This document shows, piece by piece, positions 54,333-63,021 of a stretch of DNA of 64,000 nucleotides. A program made the translations under genes and the position numbers. Numbering within the stretch: the first letter of the stretch is position 1; each line of letters begins with the position of its first letter. The notes beneath the pieces are model-generated. The model saw only the letters and a list, made by a program, of their open reading frames with translations, was not told the DNA's origin and ran no database searches. Source of the stretch: Myxococcota bacterium (GTDB lineage: Bacteria; Myxococcota_A; UBA9160; SMWR01); contig DATBRV010000062.1 of assembly GCA_036560145.1 (NCBI GenBank), forward strand, positions 108,703 through 172,702, read 5' to 3'.

Positions 54333-54953
54333 ATGAAGACCACGATCGGGAATTTCGCGCGCTGCTTCGCCGCGACTGCGCTGCACTTTGCCGTCGCCGG
54401 AACGGCCTTTGCCGGCACCCACACCTGGGACGTCAACGAAGTCTTCAGCAATGCCGACGGGTCGGTTCAGTTCGTCGAGCTGGTGGAAGCCAACGGCACC
54501 CCGAACGAGCTGGGCGTGCCGGGCCAGACGCTGTCGAGCAGCTTGGAGAGCTTCACGATCGGCGGCGGCCCGTTGTCACCGCCTACGTCGAACAAGTTCT
54601 TCCTGATCGCCACGGCTGCATTTGCGGCGCTGCCTGGCGCACCCACGCCGGACTCCATCGTGCTGGCATCCAACACACCGATTTTCGCCAACACCGGAGA
54701 TACGATCAACTACGGGCCGTACGACAGCCTCGCATTCGGGTCGGTGCCGACCAACGGAATCCTCTCCCTGAATCGCAACCTGACCACGGGAACCAACTCG
54801 CCCACGAACTACGCTGGAACCTCGGGGTCGGTCGATGCATCCACCCCGGCTCCGCTTCCGGCGCTGAACGAGTGGGGGATGGGGCTCGCGGCCGGGCTGC
54901 TGTTGCTGGCGGGTGCGGCGGTCGTGCTGCGGTCGCGCGCCAGGACCGCCTGA
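54333..54953 (+). CDS. secreted lamin-tail-domain-like protein with IPTL-CTERM-like sorting tail
   Basis: GAGGAGGGAGAAGAG Shine-Dalgarno. Signal peptide ...GTAFA. VNEVFSNADGSVQFVELVEANG is LTD-like. The tail is APLPALNEWGMGLAAGLLLLAGAAVVLRSRAR. Confidence 0.7.
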   Translation: MKTTIGNFARCFAATALHFAVAGTAFAGTHTWDVNEVFSNADGSVQFVELVEANGTPNELGVPGQTLSSSLESFTIGGGPLSPPTSNKFFLIATAAFAALPGAPTPDSIVLASNTPIFANTGDTINYGPYDSLAFGSVPTNGILSLNRNLTTGTNSPTNYAGTSGSVDASTPAPLPALNEWGMGLAAGLLLLAGAAVVLRSRARTA

Positions 54954-55042
54954 GCCGGGAGCGGCGGGGTCGATCCTTCTCGACGGTGTGACCGGATCTG
55001 ACACACCAGCGGGGCATGCTGGAGGTCGAAGGAGACCTCCCC

Positions 55043-56050
55043 ATGCATCCCCCCGCATCGGCTTCGACGGCCCCCGACCTCTCGCCCATCGCCGAGCTGC
55101 TCGGCCGCCTGGCGCTCGCGCCGCGCCAGACGCACAAGGCCCTGACCCTCTGGCCCCTCGTCCTGCGCGAGGACGTCCCCCTGGCCGAAGGGCCCGGCTA
55201 CGTCCCGCTCGCGCGCGCGCTCGAAGATGGCAGCGTGCAGATCGACGAGCTCGACGAGCGCGGCTCGGTGCCGCTGGTGCGCGTCCGCAACCGCGGGAGT
55301 CTCGACGTGCTGTTCCTGTTCGGTGAGGAGATCCGCGGCGCCAAGCAGAACCGGATCGCGAACGCGAGCTTCCTGGTCCCCGCGCGCGGCGAGCTGGTGA
55401 TCGACGTCTCCTGCGTCGAGCAGGGGCGCTGGGGACGCCGGGGCCGCATCGACTTCGCGCCCTCCGGCGAGATTTTCTCGCAGAGGATGCGCAAGAAGAT
55501 GGCCCAGCGCGTGGCGGAATCGCGGCGCCGCGGCGGACGCTTCGAGGCCAACCAGATGGAGGTCTGGCAGGAGATCGGCGAACGGCTCGCGCAGACGCAC
55601 ACCGCGTCGGCGACGGACTCGTACGAGGATTACGTGCGCTCGCGCCGCGCCGATCTGAGCGACCTGCTGGCGGCCTTCCGCCCACTCGGGCGCCAGGTCG
55701 GATTCCTCGCCGTCGCCGGCGATAGGATCGTCGGCCTCGAGGCGATCGGCCGGCCGGAGGTGTTCGCGGAGCAGTTCGAAGGGCTCGTGCGATCCTACGC
55801 GGTGGATGCGATCGACCCGCCGCTGGGCGAGCGCGCCCGTGAGCGCAGGGCCGCCGGCGCCGATTCCCCCGAAGCGTTCCTGGCGGCGCTCGGCCGTGCG
55901 CCGGCCGAGCGAGCGCGATCCCTCGGCCTGGGAGACGATCTCAGGATCGAGGGTGAAGGCGTGGCCGGCTGCGCCCTGGTGGCCGGTGAGGTGATCCACC
56001 TGACCGCCTTTCCTTCGCCGGCCGCATCGCTGGCTCCCGGCGAGGGGTGA
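55043..56050 (+). CDS. ARPP-1 / DUF6569-like protein
   Basis: AAGGAG before ATG 55043; the track start is 55016. LTLWPLV...YVPLARALEDGSVQIDELDERGSVPLVRVRNRGSLDVLFLFGEEIRGAKQNRIANASFLVPARGELVIDVSCVEQGRW matches my memory of the DUF6569 signature. Confidence 0.6.
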   Translation: MHPPASASTAPDLSPIAELLGRLALAPRQTHKALTLWPLVLREDVPLAEGPGYVPLARALEDGSVQIDELDERGSVPLVRVRNRGSLDVLFLFGEEIRGAKQNRIANASFLVPARGELVIDVSCVEQGRWGRRGRIDFAPSGEIFSQRMRKKMAQRVAESRRRGGRFEANQMEVWQEIGERLAQTHTASATDSYEDYVRSRRADLSDLLAAFRPLGRQVGFLAVAGDRIVGLEAIGRPEVFAEQFEGLVRSYAVDAIDPPLGERARERRAAGADSPEAFLAALGRAPAERARSLGLGDDLRIEGEGVAGCALVAGEVIHLTAFPSPAASLAPGEG

Positions 56051-56059
56051 GCGAATTCG

Positions 56060-57544
56060 ATGACGCGCACGCTCTCGAAATCGAAATACCTGGCCGGCTG
56101 CCAGTGTCCGCGCCGGATCTGGCTCAGCTGCCGCGCGCCGGAGCTCGCGGCCGAGCCCGACGCGGCGAAGCAGGCGCTCTTCGAGCAGGGCCACGAGATC
56201 GGCCGCCGCGCCCACGCGCTCTTTCCGGGCGGCGTGCTCGTCTCGCACCCCGCCTGGGAGCACCGGCAGGCCGTCGAGAAGACGCGGGCGCTGCTCGCGG
56301 ATCCCTCGGTGCCGGCCATCTTCGAGGCCGCCTTCGAGCACGACGGCGTGCGGATCCGGGCCGACGTGCTCGAGCGCCTGGCCGGCGGCGGCTTCGGCCT
56401 GCGCGAGGTGAAGGCGAGCGCCCGGGTGAAGCCGGAGCACCTCGACGACTGCGCGGTGCAGCTGCACGTGCTCGCGGGCTGCGGCCTGCGCATCGATTCC
56501 GTCGAGCTCGTCCACGTGAACACCGCCTACCTGCGCGAGGAGGGCGAGATCGACTGGGCCGGCCTGTTCGCGCGCAGCGACCTCACCAACGAGGTGGCGG
56601 CGGCGCTGCCGGGGGTGGCCGAGCGCGTGGCGGGCTTCCACGCCGTGGTGAGCGCGCCGAGCGCGCCGGAGATCGAGCCGTCGGACCACTGCTTCACCCC
56701 CTTCGACTGCGAGTTCTGGGAGCACTGCACGCGCGCCAAGCCCGACGACTGGATCTACCACCTGCCCTGGATCGGAAAGCGCTACGAAGCGCTGCGCGCC
56801 GCCGGCATCGAGCGCATCGTCGAGCTGCCGGACGACCCGCCCCTCTCCGTGCTCCACCACCGGATCCGCGCGGCGCTGCGCAGCGGTCGAGCGCAGCTGG
56901 CGCCCGGTCTGGGAGAGGCGCTGCGCACGTCGGGGCCGCCCGCCCACTATCTCGATTTCGAGACCACCAACCCGGCCATCCCGCTCTATCCGGGAACGCG
57001 GCCGTACCAGGTGATCCCCTTCCAGTGGTCGCTCCACTCGGACGACGGCAGCGCCGGCCTACGCCACCGCGAGCTGCTGGCCGGCGGAGCCTGCGATCCG
57101 CGCCGCGAGTTCGCCGAGACGCTGATCGCCGCGCTGGACGGCGACGACGCGCCCGTGCTCGTCTACTCGGGCTTCGAGGGCACGCAGCTCGGCCAGCTCG
57201 AGAGCCGCTTCTCCGACCTCGCGCCCGCGCTGGAGCGGATCCACGCGCGGCTCTTCGATCTGCTTCCGGTCGTGCGCCGTCATCTCTACCACCCCGGCTT
57301 CGCCTTCTCGTTCTCGATCAAGTCCGTCGCCCCGGCGCTCGCTCCCGGCCTCGACTGGAGCGATCTGGGCGCGGTCGCCGAGGGCTCGGCCGCGTCCGCC
57401 GCCTTCGCCTCGCTCGCGGCCGGCCGCGTCCCCGCCGGCGAGCAGGAGCGTCTGCGCACGGCCCTGCGCACCTATTGCGCCCGCGATACGCTGGCGCTGG
57501 CGCGCGTCCACGCGGCGCTGCGCGAGAGGGCCCGCGGGGCGTAG
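56060..57544 (+). CDS. DUF2779-type protein: Cas4-like Fe-S PD-(D/E)XK nuclease fused to a DEDDy-like exonuclease
   Basis: Starts 9 nt after the upstream stop. LSKSKYLAGCQCPRRIWL; RADVLER...LREVKAS (D...ExK); Cys cluster HCFTPFDCEFWEHC; C-terminal YLDFETT (DxE), YSGFEGTQL and YCARDTLAL (Yx3D). Confidence 0.75.
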   Translation: MTRTLSKSKYLAGCQCPRRIWLSCRAPELAAEPDAAKQALFEQGHEIGRRAHALFPGGVLVSHPAWEHRQAVEKTRALLADPSVPAIFEAAFEHDGVRIRADVLERLAGGGFGLREVKASARVKPEHLDDCAVQLHVLAGCGLRIDSVELVHVNTAYLREEGEIDWAGLFARSDLTNEVAAALPGVAERVAGFHAVVSAPSAPEIEPSDHCFTPFDCEFWEHCTRAKPDDWIYHLPWIGKRYEALRAAGIERIVELPDDPPLSVLHHRIRAALRSGRAQLAPGLGEALRTSGPPAHYLDFETTNPAIPLYPGTRPYQVIPFQWSLHSDDGSAGLRHRELLAGGACDPRREFAETLIAALDGDDAPVLVYSGFEGTQLGQLESRFSDLAPALERIHARLFDLLPVVRRHLYHPGFAFSFSIKSVAPALAPGLDWSDLGAVAEGSAASAAFASLAAGRVPAGEQERLRTALRTYCARDTLALARVHAALRERARGA

Positions 57545-57571
57545 CGCGCCGGTGTGGTACAAACCCCGGCC

Positions 57572-59194
57572 GTGATCCGAATCGACGGCCTCTCCAAACG
57601 ACACGGCCGGCAGATCCTCTTCCTCGAGGCGTCCGCCGCGGTGAACCGCGGCGAGAAGGTCGGCCTGGTCGGCCCGAACGGCGCCGGCAAGACCACCATC
57701 TTCCGGCTGATCACCCGCGAGGAGGAGCCCGACGACGGCCAGATCTCCGTCGATCGCGGCGTCGCGATCGGCTACTTCAGCCAGGAGATCGGCGAGATGA
57801 AGGGCAAGAGCGTCGTCGAGGCGACGCTCGACGGCGCGGGGCCGGTGTCCGACGCCGCCCGCAGCCTGCACGAGCTCGAGCACGCGCTCGCCGATCCCGC
57901 GCGCATAGACGAGCTTGACGCGCTGGTCGAGCGCTACGGCGAGGCGCAGGCGCGCTTCGACGAGCTCGGCGGCTACGGGCTCGAGGCGCGCGCGCGCGAG
58001 GTGCTGGCCGGCCTCGGCTTCGCCCCCGAGGCGATGGACGGCGACGTCGGGGCCCTCTCCGGCGGCTGGAAGATGCGCGTCGGACTGGCGCGGATCCTGG
58101 TGATGCAGCCCGACGCGCTGCTGCTCGACGAGCCGACCAACCATTTGGACCTCGAGTCGATCCTGTGGCTCGAGGGCTGGCTCGCCGGGTTTCCCGGCGC
58201 GCTGCTGATGACGTCGCACGACCGCGAGTTCCTGAACCGGATGGTCTCGAAAGTCATCGAGATCGACGCCGGCGAGCTGCTCACCTATTCGGGCAACTAC
58301 GACTTCTACGAGCGCCAGCGGGCGATCGCCGAGCGCGAGCAGGCCGCCCAGTACGCGCGCCAGCAGGCGATGCTCGCCAAGGAGGAGGCCTTCATCGCGC
58401 GCTTCAAGGCCCGCGCCAGCCACGCCGCGCAGGTGCAATCGCGCGTCAAGAAGATCGAGAAGATCGAGAAGGTGGAGCCGCCCAAGCGGCGAGCGTCCGT
58501 CGCCTTCGAGTTCCGCCCGGCGCCGCGCTCGGGAGACGACGTGGTGCGCATCGCGGGCCTGCGCAAGGCCTACGGCGATCGGGTCGTCTTCGACGGCCTC
58601 GATCTCTGGGTGCGCCGCCGCGAGCGCTGGTGCGTGATGGGCGCGAACGGCGCCGGCAAGTCCACCCTTTTGAAGCTGATCGCCGGCGAGGCGACGCCCG
58701 ACGCAGGCAGCCTCACGCTCGGCGCGGCCGTCAAGCTCGGCTACTTCGCGCAGCACTCGATGGACGTGCTCTCCGGCGACGAGAGCGTCTTCGAGACGCT
58801 GGAGGCCGCCTTCCCGTCCGCCTCGATCGGCTCGCTGCGCGCGTTGGCGGGCTGCTTCGGCTTCTCGGGCGACGAGATCGAGAAGCGCTGCCGGTTGTTG
58901 TCAGGCGGCGAGAAGGCGCGCCTGGTGCTGGCGCGGATGCTCTACGATCCGCCTAATTTTCTGGTGCTCGACGAACCCACCAACCATCTCGACCTGGCGA
59001 CCAAGGAGATGCTGATCACGGCGCTCGCCGGCTTCGAGGGCACCCTGCTGCTCGTCTCCCACGACCGCCGCTTCCTGGCCGCGCTCACCAACCGGGTGCT
59101 CGAGCTCACCCCCGGCTCCGCGCGCGTGTACGGCGGCGGCTATCTCGAATACGTCACCGCCAGCGGACACGAGGCGCCTGGCATGCGGGCCTGA
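57572..59194 (+). CDS. ABC-F family ATPase (translation-factor type, no TM domain)
   Basis: Two cassettes: Walker A GPNGAGKTT and GANGAGKST; signatures LSGGWKMRV and LSGGEKARL; an interdomain Lys/Arg/Glu linker. GTG 57572 gives (M)IRIDGLSK; the track start is 57554. Confidence 0.9.
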   Translation: MIRIDGLSKRHGRQILFLEASAAVNRGEKVGLVGPNGAGKTTIFRLITREEEPDDGQISVDRGVAIGYFSQEIGEMKGKSVVEATLDGAGPVSDAARSLHELEHALADPARIDELDALVERYGEAQARFDELGGYGLEARAREVLAGLGFAPEAMDGDVGALSGGWKMRVGLARILVMQPDALLLDEPTNHLDLESILWLEGWLAGFPGALLMTSHDREFLNRMVSKVIEIDAGELLTYSGNYDFYERQRAIAEREQAAQYARQQAMLAKEEAFIARFKARASHAAQVQSRVKKIEKIEKVEPPKRRASVAFEFRPAPRSGDDVVRIAGLRKAYGDRVVFDGLDLWVRRRERWCVMGANGAGKSTLLKLIAGEATPDAGSLTLGAAVKLGYFAQHSMDVLSGDESVFETLEAAFPSASIGSLRALAGCFGFSGDEIEKRCRLLSGGEKARLVLARMLYDPPNFLVLDEPTNHLDLATKEMLITALAGFEGTLLLVSHDRRFLAALTNRVLELTPGSARVYGGGYLEYVTASGHEAPGMRA

Positions 59195-59232
59195 CGGCGC
59201 TCGCGCCGATCCGACACCCGATCCGCCGTGGG

Positions 59233-59619
59233 CTACGACGGAGGCTGCTGGCAGGTTCCGTGGACGCATTGCAGGCCGGACTTGCAACCGACGTGCTTGG
59301 TGACCTGACCGATCTTGCGCGGTCCGCACGCCTGGCCGACGTCGCTCTGCGGGATCCCGCCGCCGCTCGGACCGCCCGTCGCTGGCCCGCGGCAGGCGCC
59401 CCCGGTGCAGGAGGCGCGGTCCCTGGGGCAATCCGTGTCGACGTTGCACGTCAGCTGCTTGCATTCCTTGATCCCGGGAATCGCCGTGTTCTGACAGGTC
59501 TTGTCGCTCGCACAGTCGCTGTTGCTGCTGCACGCCGCGAGTGCCGGCTGTGAACCAAGCACGATCGACAGCAGCGCTCCGATCGTGCACAGGATGATCG
59601 CGCGAAGCGTTGAACCCAT
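59233..59619 (-). CDS. secreted Cys-rich small protein
   Basis: GAGGGAGGG Shine-Dalgarno before ATG 59619. Signal peptide ...GSQPALA. 13 Cys in about 100 mature residues, with spacing such as CSSNSDCASDKTC...CKQLTCNVDTDCP. Confidence 0.65.
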   Translation of the reverse strand: MGSTLRAIILCTIGALLSIVLGSQPALAACSSNSDCASDKTCQNTAIPGIKECKQLTCNVDTDCPRDRASCTGGACRGPATGGPSGGGIPQSDVGQACGPRKIGQVTKHVGCKSGLQCVHGTCQQPPS

Positions 59620-59630
59620 GGGACCCTCCC

Positions 59631-60197
59631 TCATCTCGGCCTGGACGGGAACTCCTTCATCGTGCTGGCAACCACCTTCTCGACCGCGCCCGCGTCGGAA
59701 GCGGGATCGATGCCCCCGGTCGCGGTGCCGACCCACACCTCCTGATTGGTCTTCGGGTCCACCGCGCGAATGCTGAGCCGGGTTTCCTGATCGGTCGCCA
59801 CGCCCTCCGGGCCGACGGGGACGGAGGTGCTGACGCCGCCGCCGACGTTGCTGCCCCACGACCCCACGCCGACGCCGATCCGGACGGGATTCTTCGTCTT
59901 CTCCACCACGTAGGTCGCCGTCTCGAAGCGGATGCGAAGGTCGGGTTGGCTCTGGACTTCGCGGTAGCCCCTCTCGACGAGCTGCGCTCGGATGGCGTTC
60001 CGGATGTTGGCATCGAGAATCGAAAGCGGCGCACCGGCGGCGCCGGCGTTGTCGCCGGCCGGCTGCCAGCCGAAGGTCGCATACGCGGCGAGGTCCACCC
60101 CCGGAGCCGTCACCGACTCCTGCTTCGATGGGCCGCCCGCACAGGCGAGCCATGCGAAGGCCACGACGACTGCGGATACACACGCGGGTGCTTGCAC
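59631..60197 (-). CDS. DUF4136-like lipoprotein
   Basis: AGGAGGG Shine-Dalgarno 7 nt before GTG 60197. Lipobox AFAWLAC. The body pattern (DLRIRFETATYVV..., RLSIRAVDPKTNQEVW) resembles DUF4136. Confidence 0.65.
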   Translation of the reverse strand: MQAPACVSAVVVAFAWLACAGGPSKQESVTAPGVDLAAYATFGWQPAGDNAGAAGAPLSILDANIRNAIRAQLVERGYREVQSQPDLRIRFETATYVVEKTKNPVRIGVGVGSWGSNVGGGVSTSVPVGPEGVATDQETRLSIRAVDPKTNQEVWVGTATGGIDPASDAGAVEKVVASTMKEFPSRPR

Positions 60198-60262
60198 GAG
60201 CCGGCCCTCCTGGTCGAATCCCCGTCGGTGCGGAATATGCCGGCTCGACCGGACGATCCGCC

Positions 60263-62128
60263 ATGCAGGGCAATGGTCTCTTGCTTCCCCGTGGGTCCAG
60301 AGCCCCACGAAGCCCGCTCTCCGTGATATCGTGGATCGCCGTGGATCCCTGGCAGCTTCTGGGTGCGGGACTCGTGGGCTTGTGGCTGGGCGGCGTGCTG
60401 GCGCTGATGCGGCTTCCCGCGACGCCGCTCTCGAGCGCGGTCCGCGCGCTCGCCGTCTGCGCCGCGCTCTGGGCCGTGGGGGACCTGATCGCCGGTCTCG
60501 CCCGGGATCTCCTCTGGAAGCAGGTCGGCGTCTCCATTCTCTATTCCGGTGTGATCTTCCTGCCCACCGCCTGGTGGATCGTCGCTCTGCACTGGGCCGG
60601 GGACCGCCAGCGCGCTCCGTCTCGCCACATCCAGCGCTGGATTCGCGCACCCCTCGTGTTCGCCAGCGCCATCTGGCTCGCGATGCTCTCGAACCCCTGG
60701 CACGGCCAGTTCCTGGTTCCGGTCGTCGGGGGACGCAACCTCTACGGCCCCCTCTGGTGGCTGATGGCAATCCCGAATTACGCCCTGATCCTGGGTGCCG
60801 GGGTCGTGGTGCTGAGGGCCCTCCGGAGCCCGGACGGCCGGCACACGCGCAGCCAGGGCGCCTTCTTGATCGCCGCGAGCGGCATCACGTTGCTGGCCAA
60901 CTGGATCTACGTGTCGGGGGCGGGGCCACCGGCGGGTGTCACCCTGCCGCTGATCTCGATCGCCGTCCTGATCCTGGTGGTCGGCATGCTGCGGCAGGGT
61001 CTTTTCGGCGTTCTGCCGGCGGCGCTCCGCGTGATCGCGTCCCACGATCCCGACGGGCTTCTCGTGGTGAGGGACGGGCGCCTGGTTCACGCCAATCCGC
61101 GCGCCCGCGAGCTGCTCGCCCCCGTGGATCCCGCTCCCGGCGTGCCCTTCCCCGAAGCCCTGGGCCCCAGCCTCGAGCGGCCCGGAACCCGGGCCGTCCT
61201 CGACTGGGACGAGTGGTGGCAAGCGGTGCTCGCGCCCGGCGGCGCCGTCTACCGCTACGACGGCGACACGCTGCGCTGGCTGCGCGTGAGCGCGCAGCCG
61301 GTGCGCGGACGACGGGGCCGCCTGATGGCCTACTGCCTGCGCATCCACGACGCGACGGAGCAGCAGCGCGCCGAGAGCGAGCTGCGGCGCGCGCGACGAC
61401 TCGAGAGCGTGGCCGAGCTCTCCCGGGGTGTGGCCCACGACTTCCACAACCTGCTCGCCGTGGTGACGGGCAACGCCGACCTCCTCCTGGATCAGCTTCC
61501 GGCGACGCCCGCGGTGCAGCGCCAGCTGCACAAGATCCTGCAGTCGAGCCAGCAGGCGGCGGAGCTCGCCAATCAACTCCAGCTCTACGCGGGCGACGCG
61601 CCGCCCGCGCATCGTCCGGTCGATCTCTCGGAGCTGACGCGCGACACGCTGGCGATGCTCGATCCCGACGAGCTCCCGGCCCCCAGCGGCGGAAGGCTCG
61701 ACGTGCAGCTCGATCTCGCCAGGGGACCGCTTCGGATCGAGGGCGACGCGACGCAGCTCCGACAACTGCTGCTGAATCTCTACGTGAACGCGCGCGACGC
61801 CCTGCACGAGCGGGGCGGTGAGATCGGGATCGCGACCGGCCGCACCTGGCTGGAGCCCGCGCGCGCCGAGCACCTCGTGCTCGGGCGCGATCGCCCCGCC
61901 GCGGACTATGTCTCTCTGCGCGTCGCGGACACCGGCATCGGCATGGATCCGGAGACCCAGGAGCGCATCTTCGAGCCGTACTTCAGCACCAAGGGGAAGC
62001 AGCGCGGCATCGGACTCTCGACCGTGTTCGGGATCGCGCGCTCCCACGGTGCCCTGATCGCGCTGGAGAGTCAGCTCGGAAAGGGCACCGTCTTCACCAT
62101 CTACTTCCCCCGGCCCGAGTCTCCGTAG
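60263..62128 (+). CDS. sensor histidine kinase with N-terminal 7TM region and PAS domain
   Basis: Seven TM helices, then PAS (LLVVRDGRLVHANPRAREL). H-box SRGVAHDFHNLL, N-box LLLNLYVNARDA, G1 DTGIGM, G2 GIGLSTV. Confidence 0.85.
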   Translation: MQGNGLLLPRGSRAPRSPLSVISWIAVDPWQLLGAGLVGLWLGGVLALMRLPATPLSSAVRALAVCAALWAVGDLIAGLARDLLWKQVGVSILYSGVIFLPTAWWIVALHWAGDRQRAPSRHIQRWIRAPLVFASAIWLAMLSNPWHGQFLVPVVGGRNLYGPLWWLMAIPNYALILGAGVVVLRALRSPDGRHTRSQGAFLIAASGITLLANWIYVSGAGPPAGVTLPLISIAVLILVVGMLRQGLFGVLPAALRVIASHDPDGLLVVRDGRLVHANPRARELLAPVDPAPGVPFPEALGPSLERPGTRAVLDWDEWWQAVLAPGGAVYRYDGDTLRWLRVSAQPVRGRRGRLMAYCLRIHDATEQQRAESELRRARRLESVAELSRGVAHDFHNLLAVVTGNADLLLDQLPATPAVQRQLHKILQSSQQAAELANQLQLYAGDAPPAHRPVDLSELTRDTLAMLDPDELPAPSGGRLDVQLDLARGPLRIEGDATQLRQLLLNLYVNARDALHERGGEIGIATGRTWLEPARAEHLVLGRDRPAADYVSLRVADTGIGMDPETQERIFEPYFSTKGKQRGIGLSTVFGIARSHGALIALESQLGKGTVFTIYFPRPESP

Positions 62129-62142
62129 ACGCGCTGCGCCCT

Positions 62143-62547
62143 AACGGGGCTCGCGCTCGCTCGCGAGCGCCATGCGCAGCGCTTCCGTGAGCTGCTCGCT
62201 TTCCATTCTCCACCTCGACCGTCACGACGTCGCGGAGCCACACGATGCGGCCGTCGGCCGCGAGCATCCGGTTTTCGAAGGCGTGGGGGCTCGCCGGCTT
62301 CGGTGGCCTTCTGGCAGAACTCGATGGCCCACTCGCGATCGTCCGGGTGGACGTGCTCCACCCAGAAGCCCGGTGCGAGCCAGGCCTCGACGGGATGGCC
62401 GAGAACGCGCTCGGCCTGCTTGCTGACGAACCTGAACTGGAGGGATTGCGGATCGCCTTCCCAGACGATGGCGTCGATCCATTCCAGCAGCCGGGCATGT
62501 TCGGCGTTGGCCTGCGGCGCGGGAGGTGTTCGCTCGCGAGCGGGCAC
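62143..62547 (-). pseudogene. PAS-domain fragment interrupted by frameshifts
   Basis: Three reverse frames carry consecutive pieces: ...LLEWIDAIVWEGDPQSLQFRFVSKQAERVLGHPVEAWLAPGFWVEHVHPDDREWAIEFCQKATEAGE, then HAFENRMLAADGRIVWLRDVVTVEVENGK, then EQLTEALRMALASEREPR with a stop at 62143-62145. Confidence 0.5.
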
Positions 62548-62647
62548 GGTGCCGGGAATCCCAACCCGGCTGGAGGAACGAGTCGTACGCAAACTTGCGG
62601 AGCCCCGGCGCGCGCAAGCCGGGCGCTGGGCAATCCCCGAAATCAGC

Positions 62648-62679
62648 AAGCCCCCTCGCGCAACCGCGCGAAGGGGCTT
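62648..62679 (-). terminator. hairpin immediately downstream of the tRNA-Gly fragment
   Basis: AAGCCCC..CGCGC pairs with GCGCG..GGGGCTT. On the minus strand it directly follows the CCA end. Confidence 0.4.
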
Positions 62680-62687
62680 CGGAAACC

Positions 62688-62732
62688 TGGAGCGGGAAAC
62701 GCGATTCGAACCCGCGACCCTCCGGGTGGAAA
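62688..62732 (-). pseudogene. 3'-terminal 45 nt of a tRNA-Gly(UCC), from anticodon loop to CCA; the 5' half is absent
   Basis: The reverse complement TTTCCACCCGGAGGGTCGCGGGTTCGAATCGCGTTTCCCGCTCCA aligns with the 3' part of E. coli tRNA-Gly (GGGTCGCGAGTTCGAGTCTCGTTTCCCGCTCCA). The upstream sequence cannot form the anticodon stem, D arm or acceptor 5' strand. Confidence 0.65.
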
Positions 62733-62765
62733 GCTCGATTCTCCCTTCCACTGGGATCGGCTCGC

Positions 62766-62914
62766 GACGTGTCGCCAGCCGTTCGGCTCGCCTTCGAGTG
62801 CCCGAGCACCCGTTGCGCGGACTGGATGTCGGCCCGCCCGCGAGGGCCAACGTGGCCGCGGTATGCCGCAAACCCGAGCGGCGCCGTCCAGGCCCGGAAC
62901 TCCGGGGTATTCAA
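62766..62914 (-). pseudogene. C-terminal remnant of a tyrosine recombinase
   Basis: One frame reads GLRHTAATLALAGG. The adjacent frame continues ADIQSAQRVLGHSKAS. Together these form the R-H-x-x-...LGH box II region. There is no N-terminal part, and the remnant reads into the tRNA fragment. Confidence 0.55.
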
Positions 62915-63021
62915 GATCGTGCGGCCATGACAGACTGCCGAGAGGGCTACACGAGAGGGAGTGCCGGGTGGCAGCTCGCGGGTCTCTGGCGCGGCGGCAG
63001 ACGCGGGCTGGCGAAGCGCCC

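Noticed and set aside
62688-62762. A complete tRNA gene on the minus strand
   Set aside because: Only the segment from the anticodon loop to CCA aligns to tRNA-Gly. The sequence upstream cannot form the anticodon-stem 5' strand, D arm or acceptor 5' strand. The T stem also has one G/G mismatch.
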